In this document: in pieces, positions 37,109-49,162 of the stretch | Layout of the letters: each line of letters opens with the position of its first letter | How positions within the stretch are numbered: the stretch's first letter is position 1 | Assembly: GCA_964035545.1 (NCBI GenBank) | Contig: OZ037771.1 | Location: 3,359,628-3,423,627 of the forward strand | Source: Bugula neritina | Taxonomy: Eukaryota > Animalia > Bryozoa | Length of the DNA: 64,000 nt | Reading direction: 5' to 3' | Notes under the pieces: generated by a model | What the model saw: only the letters and a program-made list of their open reading frames with translations | The model's database searches: none | What the model was told of the DNA's origin: nothing | Translations under genes and position numbers: made by a program

Positions 37109-39539
37109 ACTGCTACTACTAGTACTATTACTAGTACTACTATTACTACTACTACTGCTACTACTACTACTACTGCTGCTGCTGCTACTACTACTGCTAC
37201 TGCTACCGCTGCCGCTGCTGCTACTGCTACTACTAGTACTACTATTACTACTACTACTGCTACTACTGCTACTACTACTACTACTACTACTACTACTGCT
37301 ACTACTACTACTACTACTACTGCTACTACTGCTACTGCTACTACTGCTACTACTACTACTGCTACTACTACTGCTACTGCTACTGCTGCTACTGCTACTA
37401 CTGCTACTGCTACTACTGCTGCTACTGCTACTACTGCTACTGCTACTACTACTACTGCTACTACTGCTACTACTACTGCTACTACTACTACTGCTACTAC
37501 TACTACTGCTACTACTACTACTGCTACTACTACTACTGCTACTACTACTACTGCTACTACTTTTATTGCTGCTGCTAATGCTACTACTTTCTCGTATTTA
37601 AATTTTCAGAATAAAACTGTTTCACAATTTTATTGATGAGAAGTCTGCAGCCAGGATGTTCACAGAGCTGTCAAATGAGGTGCCGTGGGAGCAGAAAAGT
37701 GATGTAAAAGATGGGGTGAGGTACTTGCAGCCCCGAGTTGTGGCGTGGTATGGAGACCAAGGCTATAGCTACTCCGGGTTGTCTCATTCTCCCAGACCTC
37801 AGGTAGTTAATTGACCTTCACCTTCAATATTCATAGCTGTTCAAGTTTATTAAAGTTGAAATAATTGTTCTTTTTGAAACTGAATTGAGCTCTATGGTTG
37901 TTCTTAATGCGAGACATCATGTTGTACATTTTCTACCACATAATCTCTGCAAAATGCTATGATTCCCTCTTCACACTACAACTCAAATGGAAATGTTGCC
38001 TTGTGCATTCACTGCATGTTTTGTCATAGTTGACTGATTTTGGACTGTGGAACTAAACATTCAGTATTCCAAACCCATATTTGTGGCTCAAGTGTGAATG
38101 GATTTCATTTCTTGTTATCCAAGTGTTGATTGGCTGAGCTGTTCCACATGTTACTGTCTGCTTTTATCATTTAATTCATTGGGATTGCATTCATCACAAA
38201 AAATGTTTTAGTAGTTTTTGCCTAGCTGCTAATGTTTAGTAGGAAATGCTGAACTGTAATCTTGGTTAAGAGATAAGATTCTTATCAGCTACTGGTTAAT
38301 TTAACTGAGCATAAATTGCAGTGTGTACTTTGTGAACATTCAGCATAGCAATTTCAATAAATGCTTGCTTCTAGCTAAGTGTAAACATGAGTGATGGCTG
38401 ATTTTTACATTTATTTCTGATAAGAGGAATATAAATAGCAATTTGATTTTTACAATTTTTTTCTGATGTAATAAGGCCAGCTTAAACATATTAAATTTTG
38501 TTACTCATGTGCTTCATCAACTAATAAGAAATGTCTCAGAAAATTTTCTTACATAAACAGAAAATTCTGAACAAACTGTTGTCATTGCTCTAGCTCTTGC
38601 CGCCATTGGCCGAAGTGAAACATATGCTAGAGGAAAACACAGGTCTGCAGTTTAACTCTGTTCTGTGTAATCTGTACAGAGACAACAAGGACCACGTCAG
38701 CTGGCACTCTGACGATGAGGAGCTGTTTGGTAGACTTCCTACCATAGCCTCAGTATCTCTTGGCGATACGAGAATGTTTGAGTTGAGGCGAAAAGTCAAA
38801 CCCGTAAGTTTTACTAAAATAACTGCAACTCTCTGTCTATCTATTACAGGGTTAAGTTCTGTATTGTAAGCTAAACTGTATTGGTATTCATAAAGTGTTG
38901 ATGTTCAACTAAATTGCTATCTGCAATAAATACACTATTTTAGAATGCAATGTTGACGTGTACAAACTACTATAATGATGAATGCCAGTGCCGCAGCATT
39001 GCTGCAAATAGTTGCTGAATGTTAGTCTAAATGTTTGTTGCATTGGATTAAAGATAGTACTGTTTGTCTGTGTAGAATAGTGAGGGGGAGTTTGTGTACA
39101 AGGAGTTTGTTAAGGTACCGCTCCCAGCTGGGAGTCTGCTGCTTATGGAAGGAGCTACGCAACTCGACTGGCAGGTGAGATTCTCAGTCGTGTTATGTTT
39201 ACCTCGAGTGAAATATCTTTCACAATGTATGAATTCGTCAATGAAATATTTCATATATCTTCGCATAACTATAAACACGGAAACAAGTTTTAGCTCTCAT
39301 AATTTATTCCGTTGTGTTTGATCACCCACATTATATGAAAGGTGTATAATGGGAATTTTTATTAGTTTTCGGTCAACTAAGGATTTAAAGTTCTTCCCGT
39401 TCTCTCTATTTTCTGTTTTCTTTATTTCATATTTTCTCTATTTCTTGTACAATGTCTGGTTTTACAGCATCGAATACCTACTGAATACCACGATCGAAGT
39501 CCAAGAATAAATCTCACGTATAGAAACATTGTTACGTGA
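36112..39539 (+). CDS. ALKBH3: Alpha-ketoglutarate-dependent dioxygenase AlkB homolog 3
   Basis: Approximate exons 36112-36315, 36495-36532, 36833-36881, 37610-37802, 38594-38783, 39076-39174 and 39468-39539. N-terminal RSRVQGGWA, then QPRVVAWYG, FNSVLCNLYRDNKDHVSWHSDDE (HxD), IASVSLG, LLMEGATQLDWQHRIP and RINLTYR. Confidence 0.96.
36896..37589. repeat. (CTA/CTG)n compound microsatellite filling an ALKBH3 intron
   Basis: About 690 bp of triplet repeat inside the 728-bp intron 36882-37609. Confidence 0.98.
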
Positions 39540-41107
39540 CACAGCGTGCTACTACAGTGCCACATAACTGTGTGCTAGTCAAGAAGCTGGAATTTAGAAG
39601 CTAAACCAGATCTGGACTGTGACTGTATTTCTCTCTATAATATAGCAGTATTTATTTCATGGCGGGCATTGTTCTAAGGAGTACTGTTAAAGCAAACCCC
39701 TGGGCAAGGTATCTTGTGACTATGCGCTGTAGAGAGTGCTAATCATTAGATGTTATCTCTAGTAAATTATAGTGTATGTGGTTTTGTAAATTAAGAGCCT
39801 AGTAAAATGTCCAGGCTGGCTTTTTAGTTCAATTGTATATATGGCAGCTAAGAAAAAAGTGAGGAATTAAAGTTAAAAATATTGTGGTTATGCTATTAGT
39901 TTAAAAATGACTATTTTCTGCTCAACTATCAGTAGTGGAATCTCGGACGAAGAGCATTGAGAAGTTAAAGATTCACTCTGCAACATCTTTGTTTGGTGCA
40001 TTTGATCTGTATTTGTATTATTATCTTTACACGTGTATTTTATGACAGAGTGCTGTATGTATATTTTTACTTTTAAATAAAATAATAGTATGACAAGTCA
40101 AATTACCTGCCTTTGATTTAATAGCATTTTCTACAGTTACTTTGGGTGATACAGACTATGAATTTATAACTTATTAGTATAAAAGAAAGCCTTCATGAAA
40201 CTTTTTTAACTTTTAGCATTAGGATCATATACATGGGTATCACTGTTAAATGTAAAACTAACACGAGTAAAATATAATATTATATTATATAACATATGCC
40301 ATGAACTTTAGCAGAAATAATAGAAAAATTAGACAATTAAATCTCTAATTACATAATATTCTACTGAAGCAATTCTGATCATAACAGCTACAATCCAGTA
40401 ATGCTTGGCATTCCACAAAAAATTTATATTAAAAATTTCTATTCTGTTGAGAATTCAACAAGACTGAATCAGAAGCTGATATATTTTTGGAGTTGGCATA
40501 TATGGGAGATTTCAGTAGAATTGGAAGGGCAGGCATGAATGCAGTCACTGCAACTTATCCTAGTTCATGCAACAGTAAGCCTTAGCCCTAATCACTGTAT
40601 GAAACTATGTGTGTGTAATTGTGAAACTCGTACTATATTTAACAGTATATTGATATTGCTATTTCACACTTGCGGTTCATTGCAATGGATACCTATATCA
40701 CACTACTTAGTAAGTCACAGCAAAAGCTACAAGTGTGACCTTGCAATCCTAAAACTATTGTCTTAAACTATATAATTATTTACCCATATAATATAAATGG
40801 AATAGACAAAGCATTATCATTATGCAATAATTACTGAAATATACTTAGACTTCAGTGCTCAATATTGCTGCGTATTACTGCATGTTCCACATTATAGTTA
40901 CTAAACAATATAACTTCATATGTTGGTGTTTGCTTGAGTTACATGTAGAATTTGTCATCTAAATACATGAAACTATTTTATTACATTATGTAAGTCCAGT
41001 GTTTACAGTATATAGAACACGTTTTTATTTGTATCACAGGACCAACTGTAAAGTTAGGTCAATCTGGAAGGTTCTTTTGTGCCTGTGATGACCAGATTAA
41101 GAGGTTT

Positions 41108-43330
41108 ATGATGGCCACATCAGAGAGTGTCATCGGTAGAGGCGGTGCAGTGGCGCTCCTGGTTCTAGCCGGAACATTTGCTGGACGTGTATACGGTACG
41201 AGTTGCATACTGTCCGCAAAGCTGTGTGCTAGTTTATAAGAGCAACTGCTATATACAGCTTTGTGCTTGTGTACATTATCAGCTTTAGTAAGACTAGTTT
41301 CTTTAAAATATCCTAAGTGTAGGCTAGTGTAGTGTTTGCAGCCTATTAAAGCCGAAAGCCATTGTCCATAGTTCACTAAATAAATACATGACTCATTTCT
41401 TGCTGTAAAAATATACTAATTTCCTTCAAGGAGAATTATGAAAACAAATATTATTTGATTGATATGTGAGATAATATTGTACAGTGCAACAAAAGTCGCT
41501 ACAAATATTATTAGTAATTCACTAGTCAAAATATATCATGTCAGATGTAGCATTGTATATGTAATATGTACAGTCAATGTAATAAAATACATGTACAATC
41601 TATGTAGTAGAGTGTAAAATCTGTGTAAGATAATGTACAATTTATATAATATAATGTATAATCTATGTAATAGAATGGTATTGAATTTTACAGCAAAAAT
41701 TCTGCATAAGAATGGAGGAATTACATGCTTTACCTATAGAGTGAGTATTCTAACAATAGAGATATAAGTTAATCTATAGTATTTCTTTAAAGTAAATACA
41801 GTATAACTAAAATGTCTCTACTTATACAGAAAGAGCTCGCATCAACTATAATTATATAGAGACAGAGCAAGTACATGTCTATACATGACTTATCTATATT
41901 ATGGAATAAGAACACTATAACCACAATGTCTTCATAAAGTATTAGGTGTGCAGCTGTAATGCTGAGCAATGGCCTAAGCTAGATCATATTATTTCTGCAA
42001 TAGATAGGCATTCTGCATTAAAACTTGATGTTGCAGCATCACAATAGCTTTTCTAAAACAGTTTTAATCAAAGTATTGATAGCTTGATTGGTGAATAGAG
42101 ATTATATGTTATATGATATATGATAGCTCAATACCTCTTTCCCATTTTTCTTAATATATAAATGTTTTTCTTAATTATAACATTAAAAAAATATATTATA
42201 TTGTATCTATTGTTATGAGGATAACAATTTGAACATTTTTAATATAATATCAATATAACAATAATATAATACTTAATGCAAATAACATTGTTACATAATG
42301 ATTATGATCTTCATTTAAAATTTGATACAAATTTATCTCAACTGAAACTGTCAATTGGTATATGTTTGTACATACAAACACTGCATACAACCTAGCATTA
42401 TATTGTACTACCTTGGGCTATAATACTATTTATTAACTGTTGTGGTATTAAGTCTAAATATCAGTTACTGCAGGCAACTTTTAACACGAAATATATTGGT
42501 AAATAAAATATACAAATTTATGTTGAATAACACTTAAGAAAATATAAATTTAGAAAATTTCACTGCAATACTTATTATATGCAAGTTTATTAGCAAAAGC
42601 GCGTTGTGTTGCTACTTTTAGAAACTAAAAGACTTGGCAACCCACCAGCCGTGGTTTTGCATACCTCTGATATCAGTTCCACTGGTTAATTTCAGCAGTG
42701 TGGGAAGATGGAGGCCTCCATTTCTGGTATGTTTCAACACATCAACGTATTACTGATACAATCATATAAGATGGGGGGGGGGGGGAGAGGGGGGTCTAAG
42801 ACAGTGTGGGCAACTTGTAGATTGTGTATATTGTGATTATATTTGTTTATACAATGTGATCCTTAGTTCATGAAGTTTACATTCTTTTAAATGGCCCAAA
42901 TGCTTAAAAGGTTGCTCACCCTGACTTAGTACATCTAGTTGCTTGCTAGAGTGTATTTGCTTCTGTATAGACCAAAGACTAAAGTACATAGCCTCATGTT
43001 CCCATATGTGCAGAAATTTAGTACAATATATTCCCAAGATCTTGTATACCAGACTAATCCATGAATCTAGCTTATGAAATCTTGCGCAACTATCTATCAA
43101 TATGTTTGAAACTTAAAAATTATCGGATGCTGAAAGGCTTGGTATTGCAGACGTACACACTACTGGTAGCTGGATGGATACTCAACACTTCTGGTCATGT
43201 GCTAATGATAACCACAAAGGAAGAGAAGTACAAGAAATACTGCATTCCAGTCAGTTACGTCAGCTTAGCGCTGTCGGGAGTGGCAGCCTTACTCGGTCTT
43301 TATGCTCACCGATCGTCTTGCTGTTGTTAA
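41108..43330 (+). CDS. Small 4-TM membrane protein, 137 aa, divergent TMEM256/DUF423-like
   Basis: Exons 41108-41195, 41830-41870, 42622-42726 and 43151-43330 join in frame (414 nt): MMATSESVIGRGGAVALLVLAGTFAGRVYERARINYNYIETEQKLKDLATHQPWFCIPLISVPLVNFSSVGRWRPPFLTYTLLVAGWILNTSGHVLMITTKEEKYKKYCIPVSYVSLALSGVAALLGLYAHRSSCCC*. The family call is by eye, from size and helix pattern. Confidence 0.65.
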
Positions 43331-43889
43331 AGATTTTAAATTTGAAAAAGTTTAACTTTATTTTTGTATAAATCATAAGTTTCGACATTTGTAGTCTGTA
43401 TGGATAATAAAATTAAATGTTTTCCCCAATAGTTTATTTCAAATTATGTTTAATTTGGAAACATGATATACTGCTGAAATGCAGTAAATGTTACTATGAC
43501 AACAGCAATAACAGAAAATAGAAGTGACGTGCAGCATTACTAAAGATAAACAATTAGACGGGTACAAGTGGACACAACTCAAAAACAATGGAAGGAAATT
43601 GCATGAAATAAAATTATTTTAGAAATAAAACACGAGGACGGAAATTAAAAAAAACAGACAAAAATTAAATTATAAACAAGCCAACGGCAAAAACTACTAG
43701 ATACAAACTCAGCATAATAAAGTATTATGTGAATGAAATGGAAATAATCAATAAAATGAGGTTTCAATAGTAAGCACAGTATTAAGTAAGATAACTGCAT
43801 TCGTTGAATTTCAGTCCCAGAAACTGTTCACCAATACGTAGCACTCAGTGTAATTCAAAAAGAACTCTGCATGAAGAGGTACTTGAATT

Positions 43890-46800
43890 CTATCTCCATA
43901 TCCTACATGTATTATCTTTGCTACCTGTTGAAAAAAAAATTCAACTTAAAACAATTCTTTCAAACTACGGCAACTACGGCAAATATTTTAGCTAAATTAA
44001 ATTCTAATTTATATTACAAGTATAAGCATGTGAGTCTGATACATTACCAGTTATAATACAATTTCCTTCATAGTTGAAGGCACAGCTGAAGATCTCATCT
44101 GTGTGTCCTTCTAGAACTTGCTTGACCTCTCCAGTCTCGGGGTCCCAGAGTCTGGCCGTCTTATCCGAACTGGCGGTCAGAACCCGACTTCCAGATGGAT
44201 TGAAACAAATCTGAGAACACAAACACAGTACGTACAGAGTACACAAAAACAGTACGTACAGAGAACAAGCATTTAGTCACTAGTAAATAATGCACATGAA
44301 TTTGTCACTTATGATGTAATAAACTGGTATTTAAAACAATTAAATAAAAAAATTCATCATGTCATGGCTTGTTTATACAGAAACTCTGCATGTGTTTTAA
44401 AGTACCTATTTGCAAACAAAAACATTTTCGTATTCAAAAATGAGAAAAGATCTCACTTTTGAAATTTCTCCTTCATGGCCTTCCATTTTACTAAGTAGAC
44501 TGTGAGTAGTTGAGTTGTAGCAGCGGGCTGTACCATCGGCAGACGCTGTAAGTAATCGTTGTCCAGTATAATCAAAGGCTATGTCCAGCACTTCGTCATC
44601 ATGACCTCGCAGAGTGCCAATGCAACAGCCTGTATAAGTAACAAACTAGGGTTTAACGTCTCCATCTTCTGTGAAAACCTCGATTACAAGAGTAAACTGA
44701 GAATTCCCCTCTTATCATGCTGGCATGTGACATAGGAACAATTACGATTGGAAACTCTTAATGGCATCACCAGTGACCTTTACTCGAACTCATGACCTAA
44801 TGACCCTCACTCTGTCCAGTAAAATAGATTACTAGCACATAATACAACAGTTTGTATTAAACCTGTTACAATAATAGCACAAGTGATATATTGTTATACA
44901 TGAGGGCTTGAACACTTGCGCTGACAAGTACCAACCAGGGCTGGGGTCAATCACATATGAGTGTAACTAATTACAATTACATGAGAATTTGTCAATTACA
45001 ATTACAATTATAATTACAGTTGAAATAAATGTAATTAATTACAATTACATTTTTATACATCAATTACAAATTACATTCAATTACTTGTAAAAATGTAATT
45101 AATTACAACCAAATAAAATTACAAATTACAATTATTCCAACCCTGGTACCAACACAATGAGTTATAACTTGATACCCTAATAGTGAGGACAACTCCAATA
45201 ATAACCCTCACCTCTAGTGAAGTCCCAGAGCTTACAAGTCTTGTCCATGCTGCCAGTGGCAATGAGTGAACAGTCAAAGTTAAACTGAGCACTGCTGATC
45301 TCTGCCTGGTGGCCGACCAGCGTGTACACCCTCTTGCCAGTGTTGACGTCCCACACCATCACCGTGTTGTCAAAACTACCAGTGATCAGATGCGTACCGG
45401 TAGCGTTGAATGACAGAGAAATAATTTCAGCTGTGTGACCCTGCAGCACACAAAATTATAGGTGCTACTTATATTTTATCTGCTCAGAATTGACTTACCA
45501 ATAAAAGGAATAACCGAGTCACACAGCCCAGAATTTATGACATTTAAATCCCGTTTGATTTAAAAACAGACAAAACTACTTATGAGAAAAATAATTTGAA
45601 AGATCAAAAACCTTATTTATCAATTTACAACTGCATCCTACTGATACTAACTTTATATCAGAAGATCAACATGATAGCCAAACATAAGATATATTTTTCA
45701 TCTAAACTAGACATAAAGATTTCTGAGTGTATAAACAACTAGCATGGCAGCCTATATGCTACAGTAAATCTGAGTAGTGAACAATCACAATATGCGAGAA
45801 CTTTGAGAGCCTATCAAGGGACACCCCTTTCGTTCTGGGAGAGTTGTTCCATGATAATAGTTTTATCCACTCACAGAGAGAGTACAGAGCTCCACTCCTG
45901 TTTCCACGTCCCAGATCTTGGCACTAGTATCCATACTTCCTGTGGCCACCTTGGTGCTCTTCGGGTCAAAGTTGAGACACACCTGGCAAGTAAACACACA
46001 TCCACCCACTTGGTGTACAGACATTATCAATGATGTGATAGACTATTATATCATGTTCAAAAAAAGCATATATTACAGCAATGTTGATTAACACAGCAAA
46101 ATATAATTTAAATCACTATATATAAGTTTACTTTACTAAAATATATTGTCTTACATTCTTAATACAAGTTTTTACAATACACATTTTTATAATATTTATA
46201 AACTGTGAACTTCATATGTAAATAAATTTTCTAAACTGCATGTTTAAACTTTTGCTAACGGAGCTTACTATTTCCGAACTGTGTCCTCTAAATGTATGGA
46301 AGCATTTGCCACTTTCACTGCTCCACAGTTTAGCTGTTTTATCAAAGGAGCCTGTCAACACTTTATCTCTGAAACAACCAGACAAATATTTCCTGCGCTA
46401 GTTTTAGACAAAGGCTCACAACTCTATTAGTAAAAATTGTAGTTTATTCATTTGTCTGTTTGTCTCTTTGTCTTATCTTATGCCATCATAAATAAAAAAA
46501 ATCAAACTCTCTTGACACAATTAATTACCTTCTTTCATAAATAATTTTTATATACAGTTAACTTTTACTCACCCATAAGGATTATTAAAAGCGATAGCAT
46601 AAACCACATTTCTATGACCTTCTAGAGTGTGTATTTCTTCCCCTGAACCTGTATCCCATATTTTACATGTTCTGTCGTAGCTACCAGTGATAAAACTGCA
46701 ACACAACAAAGCAATGAAGTGTGTTGATAGGACAAAACTCAACAACGGTGGATATTTGATAAAACAATACAATTAAAAATGTTATGATAAACTAAAGATG

Positions 46801-48375
46801 TCATCAAAAAGTTATATTAAAAGCTAGCATAAATGTTTTCTATTAAAATCCTATAAAACATGCAGTTAAGTGTTGAGCGTAATCTGTAAATTTTAGAAAC
46901 ATTAATAGAAACTTTTCTTACTTATTAACATATAAAACCCACCTTGACCCGCTTTTATTAAAAGCGACATTGGTGAGAGGCAATATATGAGCTCTAAGTA
47001 CTTTGAAGAGATAGAATGTCGAGTCTTGCGTCTGCGCCAACTTATCCTGCAGACGTTGAACTAGTTTCCTTACCTACACGTGAACATTCCAGAACAAAAC
47101 ACAATCAGTAGGTGATGTAAGTAACTCCACTGTAGCATATAAAATTATATATATAGAGTCAAACCAATTGTCAAAGTCAATTGCATTTGGTAATCAACTA
47201 TAAACTGACAGGTGCAAATTTTGCAGAAACAAGTAATGAATTACAGTTTTGTTGACTCAAACCTTGCAGTTCTAGGTAAGGCATCAGAGCCAGTTTAGTT
47301 TTTATCAAATACAACACAAGCTCTAACATCATAAAATTGGTGTTAAAAAGTATAACAAACTTCACTTGAAAAATTACTACTATTAAAATATGAAAATAAA
47401 ATGTGTTTAGGCATAGAAATGAGCTACTTAACAAACCTGTTCAACTTTGGAAGGTGTTATAAGCTTCTCTGTTCGTACCAAATCATCCACAATTGCATCT
47501 ATATCGGACCTAAAAAAATCAGCTACAAATTCAACACCAAAAAATAAGAAAAAACTAGTAAACATAAATAAAACTTATCAAATAGCTTTTCAATGACAAA
47601 AACGTCAATTTCCATCAAAAATTAATACAAATATTTATTGCAAAAAAAACTGACGTTGGTTGAAGGTTTAGTATATCCAGAGTTCTTTGCTTTAGTAGTC
47701 CTCCTTGCTCATACTCCAAAATAATTCCTAAAATAGATTTATCACTCTCACTCTGCAATATTCTGATAACATACAAAAAGAAAAACAGTTAAAAAGCCCA
47801 TATTGCAAAAATTTTTCCACAAGTTTCTATTTCTAATATCCTTACTAATTTCAATAAAATTGCAAACAGCAAATAGTAATTTACTAAGTTATATCTTTCA
47901 ATTCTTTATGATAATATATATATCAAAATGAGTAAGCTAATTTTATAATAAACATAAATATTAGTTATCTAATTAATAAAATAATTTAGATAAGCTATAA
48001 TACTAATACTTACAGTTGCTAATACTAATAGTAATAGTTACTAATGCTTAACTCATAACTGATAACTGTTACTTATTACTAGCTAGTAGTAGTAGTAACA
48101 CTTGACTTACTATTTCTAATAACAATATTGATACTATCCTTGGCATTAATAATAGACTAATAGTAATAACAACAATATTACCAATAGCGTTACTAAATAA
48201 CAATAGTATTAGTAACAGCCAGCTACTGTTAGTTTCACTTTCAGTTTGAGTTTAGATTAAGACAATAGACATAGTCATGGTGATGGTGATAGACTGACAT
48301 AGTAAAGCAATTGCACGTATTATTTTATCGTTTACCTGGTGGGTAATAGCGTAATAAAAACTTTTTCAACTTCAT
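43890..48375 (-). CDS. DAW1: Dynein assembly factor with WD repeats 1 (ODA16/WDR69)
   Basis: N-terminus [23 protein letters not shown], then [18 protein letters not shown] and [15 protein letters not shown]40 repeats, and terminal exon 43890-43924 [11 protein letters not shown]. About 11 exons with GT-AG borders. Confidence 0.97.
44936..45145. mobile_element. hAT-type MITE (210 bp) with a perfect 8-bp TSD, in a DAW1 intron
   Basis: Termini CAGGGCTGGG...TCCAACCCTG, flanked by GTACCAAC at 44928-44935 and 45146-45153. Internal (AATTAC)n subterminal repeats. Confidence 0.9.
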
Positions 48376-49162
48376 TATATTCGTGTAATTAAATAATGAA
48401 TGTAAATAACTCAAATTTATTGTATAAGCAGTAACACTCAGAATGCACAACGTAGGTCGAAGGAAGAAAAATTTAATCTCTACTTCTCAAACCAAACAGG
48501 AAATGGAAGCCTAGGAGAATTTAGCCGAAGCCTGTGAAAAATGAGTTGGGGGAAGTTGACATATCTCAATAATGTCAACTTTATCTAGATTCTGAACTAA
48601 TAATATAGTAAGTTGAAACGCCCTTTACTAAACACGTATATAATGTCTTCTAAACGACTAGGTTGGTAGCCATAAAAATTAAGTCTGGTGAAGGGTTTAT
48701 ATCTGAAAAGAACAAAAGTAGAGGAGACAACTCTATAAACAACCATGCATATAATTATTTGCCGACTGAGCCTGTGTTTTTGGGAGTTTCTATATCAAAA
48801 CATAAAATTATAACATGAATGTAAACGGCAAAATACAACAGCTCTAAATTGTTTTAAAATGCTGAAAAAGTCTTTGACTTTTAAACTTTTGTCTTACTGC
48901 TTAGGTTCTTTGCAGTATTGTTTATTGTGTGCATGCAGTTTGGGAAATTTGTGTGAGCTAATATTATTGTTACATGGTATGGATAGTATCAGTTTGTGCA
49001 ACAAAAATCTTAACTAGTAAAGATAGAGCTTATCACTAATGTAGTGTGTAGTGAATTCAGGTGATTCTAAAGCTTGCTTTATTTATCATTTAACGGAAAT
49101 TGCATACAAGTAACAATTTGAATAATAAGGAGAAATAGCGGAGGAACTTTACTAGTCATGAG

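Noticed and set aside
36844-37636. 259-aa Thr/Ala antifreeze-glycoprotein- or mucin-like ORF
   Set aside because: It lies within an ALKBH3 intron bounded by in-phase GT-AG sites, and starts at a non-ATG codon out of frame with ALKBH3.
48555-48580. Palindrome GTTGACAT...ATGTCAAC upstream of DAW1 as an RFX X-box
   Set aside because: The spacer is too long for an X-box, and it may be chance.
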